Origin: Octopus sinensis
Taxonomy: Eukaryota
Assembly (NCBI RefSeq): GCF_006345805.1
Contig: NC_043011.1
Location: forward strand, 16,814,464-16,878,463
Direction: 5' to 3'
Length of the DNA: 64,000 nt
In this document: one piece after another, positions 35,019 through 47,564 of the stretch
Layout: every line of letters begins with the position of its first letter
How positions within the stretch are numbered: the first letter of the stretch is position 1
Translations under genes and position numbers: made by a program
Notes under the pieces: generated by a model
Told to the model about the DNA's origin: nothing
The model's input: the letters and a program-made list of their open reading frames with translations, nothing else
Database searches by the model: none

Positions 35019-35879
35019 CCCTTAGTGTTTAAACTGGCCATATTCAGCCAAATTATTCCACATGTTCTATGCTCAAACTGGCCAGATCTGGCCTCTCTTA
35101 CCTTTCCTATAATGTCATTCTAAAAATAGTCACATCAAAATCTCAAAGCAACAAGATAATGCTTCAGTTCTATATTTAAGAGATGAGGAATTATGTACAT
35201 TATTTACATTATTTATATTTGACAGATATTTGTCTTCATCTTGTTTAATGTTAACACAACATTTCGGCTGATACACCCTCCATGATCATGTATGGAAAAT
35301 GGGAAAATGGAGACCACCTCCCCCTGTGGGATGAAGTTAAAAAAATAGACAGAGAACACAACTGAAAAATACAGAGACTTAAAGCAGCAGCACATATGCT
35401 AGGACACAACAACCTCCTAAGCAGACCGAGTGCAGATATGAACAGCATATGGGAACCAGTATTAAGGAAGGATAGGAGAATATTAGATTTATAGGCCCTA
35501 AAATTCACTCCATAATTGACCACGGGCATATGGCATAGTGGTTAAGAGTGCAGGCTACTAACCCCAAGATTATGAGTTTGATTCCAGGCAGTGACCTTAA
35601 TAATAATAATAAAGATTATAATAATAATGATATTAATAATAATAATAATAATAAATACCTTAGGAATGAGAACCCAGGTTCAAAATTTCCCCAAGACACC
35701 TGATGAAGGCTGGAGGGTGTATTAGCCGAAACATGTCAACAACAAACAAGATGAGGACAAATATCCGTCAAATATAAATAATGTAAATAATGTCAATAAT
35801 GAAGATAATGCTTGATTAATCCAAAACAATATGAATTAATAAGTTTAATATTAAACAGAATAATCTGAATATTAAAGGG
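35019..35879. mobile_element. piggyBac-like MITE (TTAA-flanked) containing an inserted PLE
   Basis: TTAA 35015-35018 then cccttag; aaaggg then TTAA 35880-35883. Confidence 0.7.
35190..35810 (+). mobile_element. 5'-truncated Penelope-like element: inverted pLTR, ORF end, tRNA-like segment, (TAA)n, pLTR
   Basis: About 90-bp inverted repeat 35190-35282 vs 35711-35803; translation GDHLPLWDEVKKIDREHN*KIQRLKAAAHML; CTGATGA...GAAA core at 35700-35731. Confidence 0.72.
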
Positions 35880-35920
35880 TTAAAGAATAGGCAAAGGAAG
35901 AGAAATTTGGTGTAATGATA

Positions 35921-36345
35921 TTGGGTCATCCCATAATTAACACAGTTTTTTTTATACTTCTTTTATTTTTCAAAATTAAGATAAACAAGTTCTTTTCAAT
36001 CTAAAATATACTCTCCTTTATTTTCTTTAATGCACTTCCATCTATCTGGTAGACTTGCCAGCCCCCCCCCCTTCCAAAATTCACTTTTCCTTGATGAAAA
36101 ATACTCCTCCAGTACTGTTCTGACTTCGTCTGTAGAATTCATGATTTTTCCATCCAAATGATTTTGAAGACTGTGGAATAAATAAGTATCAGATGGGGCA
36201 ATGTCTGGCAAATATGGTGGGTGGGGCATCATTTACCTTTGAAACTGCTCCAGCCTTGCTGTATGTGACTGAGCATTATCCTGATGGAAGAATGCCTTTG
36301 ATGTTGAAGCCAAAGATGGCTGTTTTTCTTCTAGTACTGACTTAA
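35921..36345 (-). mobile_element. mariner (DD34D, Mos1-like) transposase C-terminal remnant
   Basis: HPPYLPDIAPSDTYLFHSLQNHL (HPPYSPDLAPSD motif) and an upstream FHQDNA. Confidence 0.85.
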
Positions 36346-36369
36346 AAGGAGATAATAAAAATAGATTAT

Positions 36370-36750
36370 ATATGCAACAACACAGGCAAGCATGGCAGAG
36401 ATGCAGAAAAGCAAAGAGTTAGAGAGACACAAGTGGACAGATAAGACCTTTAAGCAGACAAATTTCCTTGGTGACAGCTCAGCCCCAGGTTAAAGGAATT
36501 GTCAGCTATGAAGAACAGAGTATTTTTCCTGCCTTTCACATAAAACCATTCTTTTCTTCTATTAATGTAACTAAGAACTACATTTGCACTGAGAACACCA
36601 CAATACACCCATGGCAAGCCACAATGTAATTATCTAAGTACTGATATACTCCTGTAAAAAAAAATGTTATTTAAACAACCTTGGAGTTGGTTTTATTATG
36701 GGACATCTCACAGCCTAGCATCATATCAATATATTGACACCCATTCAAAA
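36370..36750 (+). repeat. Diverged dispersed direct repeat, partner at about 39180-39560
   Basis: Colinear blocks such as cagagtattt(t)tcct, gaactacatttgc and ttggagttg(g/a)tttta.tatgggacatc. Confidence 0.7.
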
Positions 36751-38098
36751 TCTCTCTTCTTTGGTGATCCACAAAATTCAACTTCTACAAACTAATTCTA
36801 AAATCCAGCATTTTATCAACTATGGTAACCTGGATGTTTCATCTATCCTCACCAAAAAATGGTAACCCAACATTCAATCAAGCTATAAACACTGTTAACT
36901 TTCAATGACAGAGGAAGGCCAGCAACTATATGTTCTACTCTGATGACACAGACACTTAACTACACAGCTTCCACTTTACTGACTACAGAACAAGCATTTA
37001 CACTGGAGACTATGATACTGAAAATACTCGTCAGAGCAAATCATATTGGCAACCACTGATTTTATCAACTCAATGCTGACATCAACAACTGTTTCACACA
37101 TAAACTTTGCAAAAGAGCCTTTCAAGAACTCTCTTTTAGTATGCTTTTTATAATACACTAGCACTATGACTCGGCAACGCCAGGTCATAGTGCTAGTGCT
37201 TGCATATACAGTTGCATGCATGTGCACATACACGCGAGTACTGTCCAAATCTCTGACCAATCACATACAGCTAGCTGGCATTCGATTGGGTTTTGGATAG
37301 AAAATTCACAAAAATGTCACTTCTATTGATTTTTAATGGCTTTGCGGGGTAACTGGAGAAATATAAAGATGTGCACGACCACCCTTGGACGGTTTTCAAT
37401 GACCATAGAAAGTGCGAGCCCTCTAACTGAAGGATTGTTGATTCGTACAAAGGATATTTTGCCATTTATATATAGAGAGATTCCATTTCGTTATTGTTCA
37501 GAAACAAAAAATTTGTTCCAACCAGTGATTTTCAAGTATAGTTATATCCTTACAACAGACACATCCAAGTTAAAGCATATTTTCTGCAGAACTCATTAGC
37601 AGATAGTTGCATACTTGTATATTGCAATGGTGTTCTATACTTCTAGTCACTTGTACACCATCTGTGCATCTACATCACTATTTTCTTTAATGGCTTTCAC
37701 TTTGTATTGTTTTTTTTAATGTTTGCACCTATCTAAATTTTGTTGCATTTTTCTTGTTAATGTAAATAACGTGCACGTGCATCTAATTACACATTTTCCA
37801 TGTTTTCTTAGCACTCTCACACAGAAGATATATTAACAATGTTTTTCTGTGCCTTGTTTCTAACCAGCTACTTTCTCCTATAGGATCTTGCTTTTGTCAT
37901 GTCGATTATAAACATAAGTTTCAATGGCTTGGTACATACGGCATCTCAATTTCCTTCAACACAAACAAAATACATACACCACACTATTCTTTAAGTAATG
38001 CATACAGGAATTTTTCTTTTCTCTTTTATTACATGTGTTTTGTTTATCAACACACTTTTGCACACAGTGACTTTAGATATGAACAATATTTTATTTGT

Positions 38099-38410
38099 GA
38101 CGTATATTTGCCACTTAAATATGGCTAACCCCTAAGGATGGATGCTACTGTAGTTTGTAGCCCCAGGAGCACACCTCCTCCAGCTAGTTTTAGACACAAT
38201 TTCTGTGCCCTATCAGTATCTGCAAAGGGAAGCCATCCTTCCCATCTTCAACTTATGATATACACGGACTCGAGTTTCTGGGTATTGACCCGTCATTGGC
38301 GTGTGACAATTGTGTCTAAAGCCAGCTGGAGGAGGTGTCCTCCTGGGGCTACAAACTACAGTAGCATCCACTCTTAGGGGTTAGCCATATTTAAATGGCA
38401 AATATACGTC
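38099..38410. mobile_element. Palindromic element with about 100-bp arms and hammerhead-like spacer, probable PLE pLTR derivative
   Basis: gacgtatatttgccacttaaatatggctaacccctaag ... cttaggggttagccatatttaaatggcaaatatacgtc. Confidence 0.75.
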
Positions 38411-38703
38411 GCAATGTGTTGCAGCTACTGTTTATAACTCGCTCTAAGATTTAATATTTTATTTCTTTCACTTGCATTCTTTTTCTAATTTGCCTGTCAA
38501 TCATTTGCTATGTGGTCATATTGTTAACTGGTTTTTGCTACAATAGGGTTATTAATATTTGCTTTTGCTCTCAAACACACAAAAGAGAGAACAATGCAGC
38601 ATAGCCTAGAATCAAAGCCTTACAGCTTTAGTAAGTAGTATCGGACCATACTTAGATCAGATGATGTGCTCTGAATATCAACCAATAAGCTTGTAGGAAT
38701 ATC

Positions 38704-39055
38704 CTTTCTGCTATAGGCACAAAGCCTGAAATCCTTGGAGACAGGGATAGTCAATTATATCAGCCACAGTGCTCAACTGGGACTTATTTTATCAACCCTG
38801 AAATGATAAAAGGTGAAGTCAACCTTGGTGGAACTGGAACTCAGAAAGGAACGATAGACAAAATGTTATACTTTCTGCTATAGGCACAAAGCCTGAAATC
38901 CTTGGAGACGGCGATAGTCAATTACATCAACCCCAGTGTTCAACTGGTACTCATTTCATCAACCCTGAAAGGATAAAAGGTGAAGTCAACCTTGGTGGAA
39001 CTGGAACTCAGAAAGGAACAATAGACAAAATGTTGCTAAGCATCTCGTCCAGCAT
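38704..39055 (-). repeat. Tandem duplication (about 167 bp) of a family A-like SINE segment
   Basis: ctttctgctataggcacaaagcctgaaatccttggagac at 38704 and 38871. Confidence 0.85.
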
Positions 39056-39898
39056 CTTAAAATCTCCACCAGCTTGCTACCTTAGCTTGCAGAAATATCA
39101 CCTCATATTACAGAAAGTTCTAACATATTCCAGAGGCTCCCACATAAAAAGGGGTCATACAAGTAACAACCTGGCCAAGCACAGCAGAGAGGTAGAGAAA
39201 CAGAGCCAAAGAGGCAAAGAGAAACAAAGCAAGCCACACACAGGTGGACACAGGTAGTAAAGCCCTTAAAAGTGACAAGTTTCTTTAATTTTGGCTCAAT
39301 TCCAGGTTACAGGAAGCATTGACCATGAAGGACAGAGTATTTTCCTACCTCTCACACGAAGCCATTCTTTCCTGCTATTAATGAAAATATGAACTACATT
39401 TGCTTCTAGCATGCCACAGTTCACCCATAGCAAGACCATGTGCGATTATGTAGATATTAAAATATTTCTGTAAAAATAATATTTGAACAATTTTGGAGTT
39501 GATTTTATAATGGGACATCATGTACCCTAACATCATGCGACTATATTGACACTCAATTAACCTAAGCCATAAAATGATGTTTACCTGAGCAATGCATTTA
39601 GTCATATCATAAGCCATATTGAGGTAAAATTCTAGGCTGATGCCAGCTTTATTAGACAGCCTTTTGCTATGCATGTGTAAGAATATATGTACCAAATTCT
39701 ATAAAAATACATTTGCTATTTGAATGAATAATTTATGTTTCCCTCAAATTCAGATTTTGTTCTCTAATAGCTGATGCACCATTTGTGTGTGTGTGTGTAC
39801 ATGTTCATGTGTGTGTATTCGCATATGCACATATATAGAAATATATATAAGTATTTATGTACACACACACACACAGAGTTATATATATATATATATAT

Positions 39899-39932
<34 letters not shown>

Positions 39933-40649
39933 CATATATATGTATATATATATATAAAGACAAAGGCAGTTGTCAGAATTTTTGATAATTATTTATTAGT
40001 GCTTTCATCTTATTTTTGAGACTCATCAGATATGGTTTTAACAGAATATAGTCTGCCTTTTATATAAATCTGCAAGAGAATTTTTTTTATCTGTGTGTGT
40101 GTGTGTATGAGTGCATATATATGTGTACATACCTATGTGTGTACATATGCATGTGTGTGTAAGCATGTGTGTGTGGTAGACCCTTGGAAGTTCAGCTAGT
40201 GGGAGACAGAACAAGAGGAAAGGAGGAAAGAAAGAGAAAAAAACTGGAAAGCAGAAACAAGAAAAGAGGGGAAGAAAAAGAAAGAAGAAAGATAGATGTA
40301 TATATAGAGAGAGGGGAGAGAAAGGAACAAGAGAGAGAGAGAGAGTGGGTCCTTTTTCTTTTTTCAGAGATGGCTTTTATTATATTTTTATGGTCATTTT
40401 CCACAGGTGTTTGAAGTTAATGATGTTTTGAGATGTCAATTTTGTTATTCTGAAGGCAATCTATCTCTCTTTCTCTCTGTGTATGCATATGTGTGTTAAA
40501 GTGCATGGGTGTAGCGAATTTCCGAAGTCTTGGATAGAGGAAGAATGTAAAAGAAGAGGAGCAGAAAGGCAAAAGAAAAAAAGAAAGAGAAAAGAAATGA
40601 AAGGAAAAAGGGAAAAAGAAAGAGAGGAAGAAAAAAGGCAAGTGCAATT

Positions 40650-41400
40650 GTTGGTTTGGCTAATATAATTTTCCTTGTAATTAGGGCAGGTTATGCAGTG
40701 TATGAGGGAGTTCATAATTGCATTTATTTTTAAGGAGAATCCACTTCTGAATTTCATATGGGAATCACTGTCGAAACATTTGAAGTTATTCTTGTTGTTG
40801 CATGTTCTACATCTGTTATCAGCATAGTCCTTCAAGGAGAATTCTGAACTATTCTCAGATGTGAACTTTTATCTTGTGAGATGTCTTTTAAGATTTTTTT
40901 TGGTTGATGTTTTACTGTTTTTGTGAGAGGCTTTCATCAAACAGACTTTTCATTTGAGACTTTGTAGGAGATTGGTAGATTTGTTTTTATTGCATGGAAA
41001 ATGTTGGTTGCTTCTGGATTGTGTGTATTGATAAACGGAATAGCATTTTCTTCAATACTTTTCTTTGGTGTCCTCAGCTCTATGTGTCCAGCTGCATTGC
41101 CTTTTTAATTCCATCATTTATTAATTTTAGGAGATATTTCTCCTTCCTATGTGAAGTCCTTGAGTTTCTTAAGATGGATTTGATGTATTTTCAGATCAAC
41201 TACTATTGCGCAGCTAAGTTTTGGCTTAATGAATGGAATGTTCCTTTGATGTGTGAAATTCAACTATTAATGCACGTCTGTTTTTTGGGGATTTTTTTTT
41301 CAAAATATATGCATTGTGAATCTGGTGTGGAGTATTTTTTATGTGAATGTCTAGAATAGTAAGTCATTATGATTGGTTTCTGTCATGAATTTGATAGATA
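40650..41400 (-). mobile_element. Penelope-like element fragment (RT thumb and GIY-YIG endonuclease), degenerate
   Basis: SIKFMTETNHNDLLF, IPFINTHNP, CRTC and LIHCITCPNYKENYISQT (GIY-YIG-type). Confidence 0.8.
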
Positions 41401-41464
41401 GGTGAAGAGTGTTTCAAATATTTTTGAATACTAGGTCTTTATCTGTCGTTACACTGTCAGTGAA

Positions 41465-41765
41465 GGCACATGGCTCAGTGGTTAGAGCATCAAGCTTACG
41501 ATCGTGAAGTTGTGACTTTGAATCCCGGACTGGGCTGCGTGTTGTGTTCTTGAGCAAGACACTTTATTTCACGTTGCTCCAGTTCACTCAGCTGTAGAAA
41601 TGAGTTGTGACGTCTCTTGGATAAAACTGGTGGCATGAAGAGGGCAGTTCAGTATGCATGGGTGACTGCTTGTCTTCCATAAACAACCTTGCCTGCACTT
41701 TTGCCTGGGAGGGTAACTTTTTAGGTGTAATTCCATGGTCAATCATGACCGAAGGGGTTCTCAAC
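41465..41765 (+). mobile_element. Family E tRNA-derived CORE-like SINE
   Basis: A box tggctcagtgg, B-box-like tttgaatccc, and gtgttcttgagcaagacactttatttc. Confidence 0.82.
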
Positions 41766-42339
41766 ACTGTCAGTAAAAATATTTGTTAATCATTCTTGCA
41801 CCTTCTTTTAATGGTAGCCTGTTATATAGTGACAGGCTTGTAAATTACTATGGTAATGACAGTCTACCTATCTATCTATCTTTCATGCATACACACTCTC
41901 CCTCTCACTGAATTTCTCACACAATAACAACCTCTCATTATAGTAAAAGGGTTTCTTCAAAGTATGTGTTGTATTGTCTCGATATTGAAAGACATGCAGA
42001 GCACATACACACAACCAAAAAATTAACTATTTATATTGTTATACAGTGAAAGTTTCTTCTTTGAAGCTGTGTTGGGTTGCATTGACATACTTGCACTTAA
42101 AATCCCTGCGTTTTTAATCAAAAATTCTTAGTTACTATGGTGACAATACAACCTACCTACCTACTTGCCTGCCTACTTACCTATTTATCTATCTATCTAT
42201 CTATCTATCCTTTCTATACTTCTTTTTTCAACAAAGACTTTTTCCCCTCCCCTTCTTCTAAAATACATTGTGATGTATACTTTGATTCCTCCCCTTCTAA
42301 TAGATGTTATGAGAGACAGGCAAAGATCCACTTCTCTTT

Positions 42340-42545
42340 CATTTGTAGATCATTTGAATTCTCCCAAAAAGAGAAACAGTCATCAATGAAGCATTTCCAC
42401 TTTTCAGTAATATATTTCTTGAAATTTTGGTCAAAAGTTTTCTCTACTTCCCAATAAAGGTTTTCTTTTAAGAAACACATAGCCTGGTTAGCATAAAAGG
42501 GTTCAAATTTCACTCCCATGGCTGTGCCCTTTATTTGACAATAAA
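42340..42545 (-). mobile_element. Penelope-like RT core fragment, probably the same element as 40650-41400
   Basis: KGTAMGVKFEPFYANQAM...WKCFIDDCFSFW (GTAMG, YAN and DD motifs). Confidence 0.82.
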
Positions 42546-42601
42546 TTTTACTATCAAGTTTAAAGTTAATCTCTTCTAGTATATATATATATTATTGTGT
42601 G

Positions 42602-42918
42602 TGGGGAGAGTCATTCTGTTTTAATATCTAATTGATTAACACACACACCGACTCAATTTGCACTCATTTATTTAGTTATTTTTTCTAAAATTTTTGTTGC
42701 TTCTTGCAACTTCTTCAATAGTCATTGACTCTGTCCATTATCAGAGCTGTGTCCTTTTTAAAACAAGAAGAACACAGCTTTGATAATGGACACAGTCAAT
42801 GACTATTGAAGAGGTTGTGAGAAGCAATGAAAGTTTTAGAAAACATAAGTAAGTAAATGAGTAGAAATGAAACTGGTGTGTTAATTAGTAAGGCATTAAA
42901 ACAGAATGACTTTCCCCA
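42602..42918. repeat. Diverged fold-back palindrome, about 155-bp arms (PLE pLTR-like)
   Basis: tggggagagtcattctgttttaat vs attaaaacagaatgactttcccca; degenerate ttgaaga-gttg...gcaat-gaaa core. Confidence 0.8.
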
Positions 42919-43087
42919 GACACATTAAAATATTCTTCAACAAACGAATTCACATTAAAAATCTTGCAAACCAAATACAACAACGAAACATATATATGGT
43001 GATATGGTCATATTTATGTATATTTATATATTTATACATTTATATTGTATATAATGCACTGTTGAGATTATAACCCTATATATACAT

Positions 43088-43130
<43 letters not shown>

Positions 43131-43131
43131 T

Positions 43132-43232
43132 ATTTATTTTATAGAAGGAGCTTCTACAGGACTAGAACTGTTTCATTCAAAATTTGAATGAAACAGTTCT
43201 AGTCCTGTAGAAGCTCCTTCTATAAAATAAAT
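43132..43232. repeat. Perfect palindrome, 50-bp arms with a 1-nt loop
   Basis: atttattttatagaaggagcttctacaggactagaactgtttcattcaaa-a-tttgaatgaaacagttctagtcctgtagaagctccttctataaaataaat. Confidence 0.97.
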
Positions 43233-43294
43233 TAATTTACTCTGCCATGTATTGAGTACCTTATTTACTGTGGTTAACCCTGACTCAACCGGGA

Positions 43295-43330
43295 CCTACA
43301 TATATATATATATATATATATACATATATG

Positions 43331-43364
<34 letters not shown>

Positions 43365-43385
43365 ATATATATATATATATGTATG

Positions 43386-43468
<83 letters not shown>

Positions 43469-43474
43469 TATATG

Positions 43475-43515
<41 letters not shown>
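43295..43515. repeat. (TA)n microsatellite with TG/CA impurities
   Basis: Read directly; one of many TA tracts (others near 39880, 47340, 49430, 52460 and 61680). Confidence 0.95.
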
Positions 43516-43516
<1 letters not shown>

Positions 43517-43637
43517 AAGTGCTTGTGCTGGCCACTGACAGAGCATCTTCCATCTTCAAGTTGACCGTACATAACAAGGTGGGGCAATCAATCTCAAGGC
43601 ATTTGAATGACGTGCCTTACTCATCTGAATTGGCGGT

Positions 43638-43669
<32 letters not shown>

Positions 43670-45090
43670 GTGTGTATGTGTACAGATAGACAGGCAGATG
43701 GTCAGATAGATAGATAGATGATGGATGGATGGATGGATAGATAGAGAGAGAGAGAAACAGGTGGATAAATGTACATATATATACATAGATTTACATATAT
43801 ACATATACATGTATGAATGCATATATGTGTGTGTATATACATATACATGCACACACACACACACATGTACACATATATGTAAACACACATTTAACCTCAA
43901 AAGTTGTCTCAGTTTTCCAAGGGCCAATCAGACCAATATATTAAAGGAATTAATTGAACATCAGAAGTGAGGCCTTACAATAGCAATTATGACTCATTAC
44001 AATTTTGGTTAAGATTCTCCCTGTAACTGGAATCTCATCAATAGAAAATTTTGCAAAGCCCTGCAGTGAGTCTACTGTAGAAAATAATTAAGGAAACCAA
44101 TGAATATGCAAAAACTATATGCAGTGAATTCCTAGGCCTTATTTTTCAGAATGGGTATGGACATACGTGCGGATTATTGCACACAAACGCACATGCATGA
44201 ACACACACACACACACATACACACATGTATTTTCTTTCCGTCTTTCTCACTTGCTCAATCTCTATCTCCCTAAGCAGTCACACTGAGACTCAGACTATGC
44301 ATCCACTTCCAATACTTCTATTCTGCTTTTCAGCTACCCTTTTACACCAGACCTGCCATGTAATCAGATAATAAATTTGATATCACATATGTGTTTCTTT
44401 TTCTCTTTCCTCTCTTATTCATTTAGCATTCATATTATTCTGTCAAAAGTAATACTTATTTATAACATTGCTTTGGATTAACCATGCATTGTATTGTAGC
44501 TTTGAGATTTTGTTGAGATAACTGTTATATTTTAGAATGATATTGTAGGGTGGGTGTGAAAGGCTGGATACAGCCAGTTTGAACATTAAAACAGGTAGAG
44601 TATTTTGGCAGGATGTGGCCAGTTTAACTGCTAATGGATTAAGTCTTTTATTCTTTCTGATAAAATGTATCGCATAAAATGTTACATTCTTTTCTGTTTC
44701 TTCATCGAAGCATTCATTTTTATTGTACACTTCTTTCATAGTTGTTTCACTTTTTATATTTCTAAGCTTTCTCACTCCATGTATTGTTTGTTTGTCTCTC
44801 CTTTGCCACATAATCTTACATATGTCACTTGTGTATGTGTGTGTGTATAGGGCACCCAAGATTCACAGCCATATTAAGATACAAACAGCATTGTAGACAG
44901 CCACTCTTGTTTCGATGTTGATGTTTTTGTTGAGAAGGACATGAATACTTAGCCGACCATACACAGCAGAGGCAAGATGAATATGGCACTGAATATCATC
45001 TGTCAGATCGAGGGTGTTGTTGAGGACTGAGCCAAGGAATGTGAACTGGTTATCATTAGCAATTGGCACATCTTCAACATGGAAGGAGCA
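43515..45090 (-). mobile_element. Fragmented RTE-like LINE (pieces 44860-45090 and 43515-43620)
   Basis: FTFLGSVLNNTLDLTDDIQCHIHLASAVYGRL and [20 protein letters not shown]. The intervening DNA is other repeats, so single-element status is inferred. Confidence 0.55.
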
Positions 45091-45099
45091 TGGGTTGGT

Positions 45100-45740
45100 G
45101 TCAGGGACACAAGGCTGTTGGAGGAATTCCTCCTCTCTCCACACCACTGATGTTATCTAAAGTAAAGGCAAAGGCGAAAACAGCTTGGCACCAATGATAC
45201 CACAACTCATTTCTACAGCTGAGTGAACTGGAGCAATGTGAAATAAAGTTTCTTGCTCAAAAATACAACTTACAGCCTGGTCCAGGAATCGAACTCACAA
45301 CCTCATGATTGTAAACCCAACACCCTAACCACTAAGCTATGTGCCCTCACAGGAGTAATATGCATTTAAATGACATACTCTTTACTCTTTATTCTTTTAC
45401 TTGTTTCAGTTATTTGACTGCGGCCATGCTGGAGCACCGCCTTTAGTCGAGCAAATCGACCCCAGAACTTATTCTTTGTAAGCCTAGTACTTATTCTATT
45501 GGTCTCTTTTGCCAAAACGCTAAGTTACGGGGACGTAAACACACCACCATCGGTTGGGGGACAAATGCAGACACACACATATATACCACGGGCTTCTTTC
45601 AGTTTCCGTCTACCAAATCCACTCACAAGGCTTTGTTCGGCCCGAGGCTATAGTAGAAGACCCTTGCCCAAGGTGCCACACAGTGGGACTGAACCCAGAA
45701 CCATGTGATTGGTAAGCAAGCTACTTACCATACAGCCACT
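45100..45740 (-). mobile_element. Family E SINE (45100-45350) followed by a B-C SINE (45380-45740)
   Basis: Matches to sister copies elsewhere in the window. Confidence 0.8.
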
Positions 45741-46744
45741 CCAGCTGTGAAATAATATATGATGTTTGTCACGTGACAGTTTTATCAGTGTAAATTACTT
45801 TGCTCCAAGGTATGCCTTTGATATTTTCTTTACTATAGCAACAGCTGCAGCTAAGCTGTAACATTAATTCTGTGTCATCTGATCAGCCTATATTTTACCA
45901 TCAGTTGACCACGCCTCTACAGAACAAACAATATGCTATACCTGTATTGCATAGCTTTGATATCTGAAAGAAGAAAACAATTATAAATCAATTGACAATA
46001 TCTAAGGAATAAAAATATATAATTTTTTTCTTTTTCTTCTTTCACTTTATTTTATTTTATTATTGATGAAAAGGAAAAGGTAATTAAAACTCAACCTCCA
46101 AATAGCAAGAATAAAAAATAAAATTGTACCATAAATTCAATATATCTCTGATCTACTAAATTTCGTCCTCTTTGATCAAATGTATTTGTCACGTTCTGTC
46201 TACATTTCTGATATCTTATTATTTCAGAGCTATCAAAGGTCATTTCATTTTTTGTTAGTTTCTAAAAAAAAAATAAATAAAATAAATAAAATAAAAGGAC
46301 TTTATCATTTCATTTAAAACTTGCCTAAAAACTATTTTCCGTTGCTTTTTTTACTTTATAAGATTTTAATATACTAGCTGATGTTGATGTAAGCCCTAAA
46401 TAAAATAATTTTCGTTTGTTTCTTTTCTTTTTCTAAAACTTTGTTAATGAGGTTGTAGTAACTGTGAAGATTTTCTTTGAATGCTGATAGACAGCCAAGA
46501 TACTTGTAGAAGTGTCGACTCTGCATAATTTATAAAAAGGTAAGGATTGATATTAAACTGCCATAAGATTATATCTGCCACTCAGCTTTTAATAGCTGCT
46601 TGAGAAATTTTCCTGTTTCATCTTTTAGTTTTTGCAATTTATAATGAGGAATACTTCTGAGAGAGAAAAAAGTGGCTGAATTTTCATGAAATCTTCACTT
46701 GATAGCATTTTGGATGACTATTTGATATTTCTTAAGTATAGATA

Positions 46745-47000
46745 TATTTTTGTAACACTGTGATGGACTGGCCTCCCATCCAGCTGGGGAGTACATATGC
46801 GATAGACACCGGGAAACCGGGCCCATGAGCCTGGCTAGGCTTTAAAAAGGGTGCATTTATTTGTGGAGGCACATGACTTAGTGGTTAGGGTTTCAGCATC
46901 ATGATCCTAAGATTGTGGTTTCGATTCCTGGATCGGGTGACGTGTTGTGTTCTTCAGCAAAACACTTCATTTCACGTTGCTCCAGGCCATTCAGCTGGCA
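46745..47000 (+). mobile_element. V-domain-like SINE body (46745-46862) abutting a tRNA-head SINE (46863-47000)
   Basis: tgtgatggactggcctcccatcca...gggcccatgagcctggctaggct; ggaggcacatgacttagtggttaggg...gtttcgattcc. Confidence 0.65.
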
Positions 47001-47354
47001 AAATACACCAAGCACCAGTCGGTCCTCTTTCTACTTCTATTCCATCGTGCTTCATCTTAGATAAATGTCTATTCTGCTTAAGCTTCAGGTACAATGCTTA
47101 TAAGTAAAATTCATGAATGAAACTGTGTGAAGCCTTTTCAGATATGGCTTTTACCTCTTATTTGTTTCAGTCACTAGACTACAGTGATGCTTGGGTACTG
47201 CCTTGAAGGATTTAGTCAAATGAATTTATCATAGGACTTATTTTCAAGTCTGGTACTTATTCTGTTAGTCTCTTTTGCTGAACTGCTAAATTATGGAGAG
47301 GCAAAGTGGTGGTGGTGATAGTGGTGGTGGACAAACATATATAATAATATATAT

Positions 47355-47398
<44 letters not shown>

Positions 47399-47403
47399 CT
47401 TAA

Positions 47404-47434
<31 letters not shown>

Positions 47435-47449
47435 CACATATATATATAC

Positions 47450-47488
<39 letters not shown>

Positions 47489-47564
47489 ATAAATATTAGG
47501 GAATATATCCAAATTTACAGGAAAAAAATCAATTTAGGATTAAATCCAATTTTATAGTAAAAAT

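Noticed and set aside
41865-43745. Other TATC/GATA tracts (about 41865, 42180, 43706) as additional Tx1 insertion sites
   Set aside because: Short or impure tracts with no adjacent Tx1 sequence; they neither support nor contradict targeting.
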